Virus record (IMG/VR): IMGVR_UViG_2778261594_000007
Direction: 5' to 3' (one strand)
Origin: a virus
Lineage: Duplodnaviria > Heunggongvirae > Uroviricota > Caudoviricetes
Length of the DNA stretch: 3,646 nucleotides
The notes under the pieces are model-generated. The model was not told where the DNA came from. It did no database searches and saw nothing but the letters and a program-made list of their open reading frames with translations. The position numbers and the translations under genes are program-made. This document shows positions 1 to 3,646 of this stretch, piece by piece. The number at the start of each line of letters is the position of its first letter. Position 1 is the stretch's first letter.

Positions 1-1242
1 ATGGCGAGAAAAACACCCCCATTAACCACAGTACAGATCAAAGCAGCCAGACCAGCAGAAAAGGAATACACCCTACAGGACGGCGGAGGGCTTTTTCTCC
101 TGATCAAACCGTCCGGATCAAAACTCTGGAGATTTTCCTACTACCGACCATCGGACAAAAAAAGAATATTGCTGAGTTTTGGATCGCTTGATGATGTTTC
201 CCTGGCTGATGCCAGAAAACGCCGTAGCGAGTACAGGGCGTTAATTCGTGCCGGAACTGACCCGCAGGACCACGAGAGGCAAAAAAGAGAGACAGAGGCC
301 CGAAGACAAGGGAACACGTTCGAAAATGTGGCAACAGCATGGTACCAGGTGAAAATCAGCCAGAATCTGGCCCCCAATACGATTAAAGACATCTGGCGAT
401 CGCTGGAAAAATATGTATTCCCGTTCATCGGCAACACGCCAATAGACACCCTGACCGCTCGCAGGTTCGTTGAGGTGCTTACCCCCATCAAGGAACGTGG
501 CAACCTGGAAACGCTCAAGCGAGTTTTACAGCGTATAAATGAGGTAATGGATTACGCCGCCAATAGTGGGATGATTGATGCCAATCCGGCTATGAATGTG
601 CGTAAGGCGTTCCCCTCCCCTGTAAAAAAACATATGCCAACAATCCGCCCCGAACAGCTGCCGGAGCTTATGCAGGCTTTATCAGTATCGGCAACAGAAC
701 GGCAGACCAGATTACTGATTGAATGGCAGTTACTGACCGTAACCCGTCCCGTTGAAGCATCGTCGGCACGCTGGGAAGAAATCGACATGGAAGCGCAACG
801 CTGGACCATACCCGCCGGACGCATGAAGATGCGCCGCGACCACGTTATCCCGCTTTGTGACCAGGCTATGGCAGTGCTGGAGGCTATGAAACCAATCAGC
901 CACCACCGCGATTATGTTTTCCCGAGTCTGAAAGACCCACAGCAGCCGATGAACAGCCAGACCGCTAACGCAGCATTACGACGCATGGGATTCGCTGGCG
1001 TGCTGGTGTCTCATGGATTACGCGCCATATTCAGCACAGCAGCGAACGAAGAAGGCTTTGAGCCGGACGTAATAGAGGCCGCACTTGCCCACGTCGACAC
1101 CAACGAAGTCAGACGGGCATACAACCGGAGCAACTACATAGAAAAACGCATCGTGCTTATGCGCTGGTGGGGCGAATTTGTCGAGGCTGCGGCGACGGGC
1201 GTAACCCTCGCCAGTGGTAAAAGGGGTATCCGAGCCGTTTAG
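1..1242 (+). CDS. int: Tyrosine recombinase / phage integrase, P4-type (IntA-like)
   Basis: Complete 413-aa ORF starting at nt 1 and ending TAG 1240-1242. N-terminal arm-type region (GLFLLIKPSGSKLWRFSYYRP) and C-terminal catalytic motifs (RMKMRRDHVIPL; HGLRAIFSTA; VRRAYNRSNY) match my recollection of P4/CP4-57 IntA-like integrases. Not confirmed by search. Confidence 0.93.
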   Translation: MARKTPPLTTVQIKAARPAEKEYTLQDGGGLFLLIKPSGSKLWRFSYYRPSDKKRILLSFGSLDDVSLADARKRRSEYRALIRAGTDPQDHERQKRETEARRQGNTFENVATAWYQVKISQNLAPNTIKDIWRSLEKYVFPFIGNTPIDTLTARRFVEVLTPIKERGNLETLKRVLQRINEVMDYAANSGMIDANPAMNVRKAFPSPVKKHMPTIRPEQLPELMQALSVSATERQTRLLIEWQLLTVTRPVEASSARWEEIDMEAQRWTIPAGRMKMRRDHVIPLCDQAMAVLEAMKPISHHRDYVFPSLKDPQQPMNSQTANAALRRMGFAGVLVSHGLRAIFSTAANEEGFEPDVIEAALAHVDTNEVRRAYNRSNYIEKRIVLMRWWGEFVEAAATGVTLASGKRGIRAV

Positions 1243-1249
1243 CTGTACA

Positions 1250-1295
1250 GAAAACCAGTAAAAACTACGAAAACCATTTAAAACCGTCGTATAAT
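1250..1295 (+). promoter_or_regulatory. Candidate promoter: four helically phased A-tracts upstream of a perfect TATAAT; poor -35
   Basis: Seen in sequence: A-runs start at 1251, 1260, 1270, 1280 (spacing 9-10 bp), then TATAAT at 1290-1295. Phased A-tracts bend DNA and can act like UP elements (established knowledge). Promoter activity is inferred. Confidence 0.35.
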
Positions 1296-1340
1296 TGCAT
1301 CACATTTAACGACGAGGCCTTGAAAAATGAAACTGTTAAG

Positions 1341-1571
1341 ATGCAAACAAATTTCAGATGCAATTGCGACGGGCTGCAACTGGCCCTGATGGTTCAGCAT
1401 GAATTTTGGTCAACCTACGATCCGGAGGACAGAACGACGGCCCCATCAAAAAAACAGGTAGTAGATTTCCTGGTATCCCGTGGGGCTTCCAGAAATCTGG
1501 CTGTAAGTATTGATAAGGTTGTACGTCCGGCATCCATGAAGACCGGAGGCAGGCCAAAAAAATGGCGGTAA
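1341..1571 (+). CDS. Hypothetical small protein (76 aa from ATG 1341; 83 aa if TTG 1320 is used), basic C-terminus GGRPKKWR
   Basis: Open frame between int and the alpA-like gene, stop TAA 1569-1571, about 10 nt before a strong intrinsic terminator. Start is uncertain: GAGG 1314-1317 is too close to TTG 1320, and ATG 1341 has no clear SD. An alternative 20-codon ORF (1327-1389, MKLLRCKQISDAIATGCNWP) has better SD spacing. Confidence 0.4.
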   Translation: MQTNFRCNCDGLQLALMVQHEFWSTYDPEDRTTAPSKKQVVDFLVSRGASRNLAVSIDKVVRPASMKTGGRPKKWR

Positions 1572-1582
1572 CAATCCTGAAA

Positions 1583-1605
1583 GCGGCAGAAATGCCGCTT
1601 TTTTT
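1583..1605 (+). terminator. Rho-independent terminator (plus-strand orientation)
   Basis: Seen in sequence: perfect 6-bp GC-rich stem GCGGCA (1583-1588) / TGCCGC (1593-1598) with GAAA tetraloop, followed by seven T (1599-1605). The stem can extend to 8 bp with the flanking AA/TT. Confidence 0.72.
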
Positions 1606-1640
1606 ATAAATCCCTTTCAAATCATCAATATAAAAAATGG

Positions 1641-1667
1641 TGTATACCGTTTAAAAACGGTGAGTAC
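1641..1667. promoter_or_regulatory. Candidate operator upstream of alpA-like gene: TGTATACC box (1641-1648) within a near-palindrome
   Basis: Seen in sequence: the octamer TGTATACC is identical to the core of the two direct repeats at 2500-2512 and 2538-2550. It is followed by the inverted repeat ACCGTTT-AA-AAACGGT (1646-1661). It lies about 90 bp upstream of the alpA-like ATG. Confidence 0.4.
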
Positions 1668-1738
1668 TGTTTTTCCCTGCATCCGATGATTTACCGTATT
1701 TCTCACCGGAATACACCGGATTAATGAGGTAAATCACG

Positions 1739-1945
1739 ATGGAAGCAATCAAAAAAGTCATCTTTCGCCAGGAAGTAAAAAAACTTATCCACATTAAGGC
1801 AGACAGCACGCTGCAAAGCATGATCAACGCCGGAGAATTCCCGCAGGGTTTTCGTGTCGGTTTGCGCCGTCGCGGATGGTATGAGGAAGACGTAATCGCA
1901 TGGATGAAAGAACGCGAACAAGAAGCGCGCGGAACGACCGCTTAA
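1739..1945 (+). CDS. alpA: AlpA/Vis-family small HTH regulator or excisionase (68 aa)
   Basis: SD GAGGT (1725-1729) 9 nt upstream of ATG 1739; stop TAA 1943-1945. The C-terminal motif FPQGFRVGLRRRGWYEEDVIAWMKER aligns by eye with the FP..G...GW.E.E...W...R signature I recall from E. coli AlpA and P4 Vis. The position directly downstream of a P4-type int is the canonical context. Confidence 0.85.
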   Translation: MEAIKKVIFRQEVKKLIHIKADSTLQSMINAGEFPQGFRVGLRRRGWYEEDVIAWMKEREQEARGTTA

Positions 1946-2066
1946 CATATATAGGGCAAATGATGAACATAAAAAAAGCGGCCCCGAAATGGAGCCACCT
2001 TTCTGAACAATTAACCCGCTGCGCCGTATGTGTCAACAATCATAAGCCTGGGCATGATAACCGCGA

Positions 2067-2270
2067 TCAGGCTGGTGGGCAATTATCTTGCTTGTTGGGG
2101 CCGTATTGTGCTGCCATTTTCATCCGTTCGGAACGTGAATATTTTTTTAGAAACTCATCAAGGACAAAAGCGCATGGTGCGAATCTTTCTGATTCATGCT
2201 CGAGCGCCATATTTTCGTGCTCTCTGTTCGTTTTTTGCGATGGTGTATTGGTTGATTCTTTGTTGGTCAT
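2067..2270 (-). CDS. Hypothetical 67-aa hydrophilic protein downstream of the RHH gene (possibly co-transcribed)
   Basis: ORF on the minus strand with AGGT 7 nt upstream of ATG (plus coords 2268-2270); 57-bp gap after the RHH stop and no terminator between them. No recognisable motif, and composition is not obviously protein-like, so this is weak. Confidence 0.3.
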   Translation of the reverse strand: MTNKESTNTPSQKTNREHENMALEHESERFAPCAFVLDEFLKKYSRSERMKMAAQYGPNKQDNCPPA

Positions 2271-2327
2271 TGTGTGTACCTGTAAAGCAATGCGCCGGAG
2301 TTCCTCACGCCACGGCGCTGATAGTAA

Positions 2328-2504
2328 TTATTCTTTTGATTCTATGCCGCGTTTATCCAACTCACGGCGCAAAAGCCTTTTTATCCATCCTGAGCGGTTA
2401 TCATCGCCATCTTCTTTCATGGCGATGCTTAAGCGTTCGAATAAGTCAGCATCAAGACGAAGCTGTACGGAAAACCTTTCCTTTTTGTTGTCATTGGTTG
2501 ACAT
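2328..2504 (-). CDS. Ribbon-helix-helix (CopG/Arc/MetJ-like) DNA-binding protein, 58 aa; candidate repressor of the element
   Basis: Translation verified codon by codon on the minus strand: MSTNDNKKERFSVQLRLDADLFERLSIAMKEDGDDNRSGWIKRLLRRELDKRGIESKE. It has an N-terminal alternating beta-strand (RFSVQLRL) followed by two helices, the RHH pattern. GAGG lies 6 nt upstream of the ATG. The longer track ORF (199 aa) extends upstream through low-complexity sequence and is probably not real. Confidence 0.65.
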   Translation of the reverse strand: MSTNDNKKERFSVQLRLDADLFERLSIAMKEDGDDNRSGWIKRLLRRELDKRGIESKE

Positions 2505-2526
2505 TGTATACCTCGAGTATAATAAT
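2498..2526 (+). promoter_or_regulatory. Candidate sigma70 promoter for the rightward small-gene operon
   Basis: Seen in sequence: consensus TTGACA (2498-2503); perfect TATAAT (2518-2523) at a short 14-bp spacing, or AATAAT (2521-2526) at 17-bp spacing. Predicted start near 2530-2535. Confidence 0.45.
2500..2512. repeat. Direct repeat copy 1 (GACATTGTATACC), putative operator half-site
   Basis: Seen in sequence: 12/13 identical to copy 2 at 2538-2550; overlaps the RHH start codon and the plus-strand TTGACA. Confidence 0.55.
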
Positions 2527-2542
2527 GGCCTTACGGTGACAA
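2516..2542 (-). promoter_or_regulatory. Candidate promoter for the RHH gene, face-to-face with the rightward promoter
   Basis: Minus-strand reading: TTGTCA (2542-2537), 15-bp spacer, TATACT (2521-2516), ending 11 nt before the RHH ATG. This would give a very short, near-leaderless mRNA that excludes the GAGG, so either the mRNA is leaderless or the real promoter lies further upstream. Confidence 0.3.
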
Positions 2543-2550
2543 TGTATACC
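2538..2550. repeat. Direct repeat copy 2 (GACAATGTATACC), putative operator half-site
   Basis: Seen in sequence: 38 bp downstream of copy 1 (start to start); the two copies bracket the -10 regions of the predicted divergent promoters. Confidence 0.55.
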
Positions 2551-2630
2551 AATGACACCACAAAAGCAAAGCCCGCTGGCGCTATGAACACCAACGGGCT
2601 TCTAACCAACAACGTAAACGAGGAGCCGTT

Positions 2631-2831
2631 ATGGTTGCCGTAAATCATATACCACACCTTGTACACACACAAACGGCCTTTGTGTGGCGTTTTCTGGCAC
2701 TGAGTGCCGGAGAATCTCAAATCATCCACGTAACCGCCTGGACGGAACGCGAAGCGCGTAGCCGTTGCCCGTCCGGTTGTGTTGCTGTATTTGCCGCCCG
2801 TATTCGCCAGGGAGAAACCTATGCACAATAA
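2631..2831 (+). CDS. Hypothetical 66-aa protein, possible first gene of the rightward operon
   Basis: Strong SD GAGGAG (2620-2625) 5 nt before ATG 2631; stop TAA 2829-2831 overlaps the start of the next ORF by 11 nt. Caveat: the ORF contains a hairpin plus T-run (2666-2694) that could instead mark a structured leader. Confidence 0.35.
   Translation: MVAVNHIPHLVHTQTAFVWRFLALSAGESQIIHVTAWTEREARSRCPSGCVAVFAARIRQGETYAQ
2666..2694 (+). promoter_or_regulatory. Hairpin plus T-run: weak terminator or attenuator-like element, or protein-binding inverted repeat
   Basis: Seen in sequence: perfect 8-bp inverted repeat CACACAAA (2666-2673) / TTTGTGTG (2679-2686) with 5-nt loop CGGCC, then GCG and TTTT (2691-2694). 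The stem is AT-rich, so termination would be weak. Confidence 0.3.
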
Positions 2832-3060
2832 AACCACACCGGACGCAGCCGCCGCCGCGCTCACTACGCTGATGCACGCGCTTATTGATATTTCTGTTAT
2901 TGCTGACAGGGCGCATAAGCACGCCACCAGTGAAACAGAATATGCCGGGGCTTTCGTTCCTCATTCGCTGGCGGTTATGCAACTTAGTGCTGATATGGCT
3001 CTGAATGAGGCCAAAGCTATCCTGATTGCTGATTGTGAAAATGGGGGGGGTTATGCGTGA
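2821..3060 (+). CDS. Hypothetical small acidic, alanine-rich protein (79 aa)
   Basis: SD GGAG (2811-2814) 6 nt before ATG 2821; translation verified, ending CENGGGYA, stop TGA 3058-3060. Its stop overlaps the next ORF start (ATGCGTGA), suggesting translational coupling. Confidence 0.55.
   Translation: MHNKTTPDAAAAALTTLMHALIDISVIADRAHKHATSETEYAGAFVPHSLAVMQLSADMALNEAKAILIADCENGGGYA
3043..3050. repeat. G8 homopolymer tract at the junction of two ORFs
   Basis: Seen in sequence: eight consecutive G encoding the GGG of the upstream C-terminus and serving as SD for the downstream ATG 3053. Confidence 0.9.
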
Positions 3061-3274
3061 TGATCGTTTTAATTCCCTGAAACAGGAATTTTCCGGCGTT
3101 CCTGATGATGCGGCTGATGCGCTTTCGTCAATATCTGAAATTATGCGGGTGGCTTTTTTCTTTCTTTGCACTGATGAGCACAGAGATACAGGGCTAAATA
3201 TTCTTGATATTGCCGCTAACTATGCTGATTTCGTGACAGAGGTTATTTTAAGAAAAGCGACGGACGGGGATTAA
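3053..3274 (+). CDS. Hypothetical small very acidic protein (73 aa; about 15 Asp/Glu vs 7 Lys/Arg)
   Basis: ATG 3053 is 2 nt after the G8 tract; translation verified (MRDDRFNSLKQEF...KATDGD); stop TAA 3272-3274. The track's upstream start at 3026 is less likely than the SD-supported ATG 3053. Confidence 0.55.
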   Translation: MRDDRFNSLKQEFSGVPDDAADALSSISEIMRVAFFFLCTDEHRDTGLNILDIAANYADFVTEVILRKATDGD

Positions 3275-3275
3275 T

Positions 3276-3509
3276 ATGCGTGATATTTACCACGAAACAA
3301 CAGATCGCGTATTTCTTGCACTTTCTCACAGTGAAAATATGATGGAAATATTGCGCATATGGCTTGAAACACTTGGCGACAATGAACGCGACAAACAAAA
3401 ATCAAGAATTGCCACGGCATTAATAACGCTTCTTGAGCCTGTAATAAATGAGTTGCAGGAAATAGAGACATTACACGACCAGTATAAAGCGCCCCACACC
3501 GGAGAATAA
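3276..3509 (+). CDS. Hypothetical small acidic protein (77 aa), probably helical
   Basis: SD GGGGA (3266-3270) 5 nt before ATG 3276, which is 1 nt after the previous stop; translation verified (MRDIYHETTDRVF...HTGE); stop TAA 3507-3509. Uses several ATA Ile codons, suggesting foreign AT-rich origin. Confidence 0.6.
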   Translation: MRDIYHETTDRVFLALSHSENMMEILRIWLETLGDNERDKQKSRIATALITLLEPVINELQEIETLHDQYKAPHTGE

Positions 3510-3514
3510 AAATA

Positions 3515-3646
3515 ATGAAACTTAAATATTCTGGCTTAACTGCCAGTGGCAACACTCACCCTAAATTTACGCGCGGTGATATTTACCGCGACCAGTACGG
3601 CGGCACGGTAATGATTAAGGGCGTGGCGGGACGGTGCGTAACTTAC
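3515..3646 (+). CDS. Hypothetical protein, 5' part only (runs off the window end)
   Basis: ATG 3515 with GGAG (3501-3504) 10 nt upstream; 44 codons with no stop to the window end (MKLKYSGLTASGNTHPKFTRGDIYRDQYGGTVMIKGVAGRCVTY). Not in the ORF track because no stop lies within the window. Confidence 0.5.
   Translation, partial: MKLKYSGLTASGNTHPKFTRGDIYRDQYGGTVMIKGVAGRCVTY

Larger units (their letters stand above)
1..3646. mobile_element. Integrase-proximal portion of an integrated mobile element (P4-like satellite, PICI or CP4-57-like island class); boundaries outside the window
   Basis: The P4-type int plus AlpA-family gene module, a repressor-like RHH gene with operator repeats, and small unassigned ORFs together indicate a horizontally acquired element. 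Neither att site is inside the window. Confidence 0.6.

Noticed and set aside
104-824. Three minus-strand ORFs (104-340, 141-518, 552-824) inside the integrase gene
   Set aside because: Antisense to a confidently identified integrase CDS; typical shadow ORFs.
1354-1620. 88-aa minus-strand ORF
   Set aside because: Antisense to the small plus-strand ORF and running through the intrinsic terminator; no SD.
1971-2000. A7 run followed by GC-rich GCGGCCCC downstream of the alpA-like stop, considered as a terminator
   Set aside because: No stable stem-loop can be drawn adjacent to the A/T run on either strand.
2128-2149. CGTTCGGAACG followed by T7, considered as a terminator
   Set aside because: The inverted repeat leaves a loop of only 1-3 nt with a 4-5 bp stem, too weak to call.
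2030-2539. 169-aa plus-strand ORF
   Set aside because: Antisense to the RHH gene and the 67-codon ORF; hydrophobic junk-like translation with no start signals.
1900-2643. 247-aa plus-strand ORF spanning the alpA-RHH interval
   Set aside because: Ser/Arg/Cys-rich low-complexity translation, no SD, and it runs antisense through the verified RHH gene and across the switch region; most likely a chance open frame.
2543-2643. 32-codon ORF starting at the ATG inside repeat copy 2
   Set aside because: No usable SD (only GGTG 4 nt upstream); more likely the ATG is simply part of the operator repeat.
2328-2927. Full 199-aa extent of the minus-strand track ORF
   Set aside because: Only the last 58 codons (2328-2504) form a coherent RHH protein with an SD; the upstream extension is low-complexity and would run antisense through the promoter region and the plus-strand ORFs.
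2722-3171. 149-aa minus-strand ORF
   Set aside because: Arg/Ser-rich translation antisense to two SD-supported, translationally coupled plus-strand ORFs.
3271-3555. 94-aa minus-strand ORF
   Set aside because: Antisense to the well-supported 77-aa plus-strand ORF; no start signals.
1-3646. Scan for CRISPR arrays, tRNA or rRNA genes
   Set aside because: No regularly spaced direct repeats of 25-40 bp and no tRNA-like or rRNA-like sequence recognised by eye; a covariance-model search would be needed to exclude small RNAs.

Overview
This window looks like the integrase-proximal end of an integrated mobile element: a P4-type tyrosine integrase (1-1242, +) followed by an AlpA/Vis-family regulator (1739-1945, +), the module typical of tRNA/tmRNA-linked enterobacterial islands, cryptic prophages and phage satellites. 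Between them lies a small transcription unit (phased A-tracts, TATAAT, a 76/83-codon ORF, strong intrinsic terminator). Downstream is a divergently oriented ribbon-helix-helix (RHH) regulator gene (2328-2504, -), possibly followed by a 67-codon ORF. A compact switch region (2495-2555) carries two 13-bp direct repeats bracketing overlapping divergent promoters; the repeat core TGTATACC recurs upstream of the alpA-like gene. A rightward operon of at least five tightly packed or overlapping small ORFs follows (2631 to the window end); three encode small acidic proteins I cannot assign to a family, and one junction is a G8 homopolymer separating two ORFs by exactly one frame. No rRNA, tRNA or CRISPR array was seen. 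The small-gene operon with its RHH/repeat switch is the best candidate for an undescribed accessory system, but function cannot be assigned from sequence alone. All family calls come from motif recognition by eye, not database searches.
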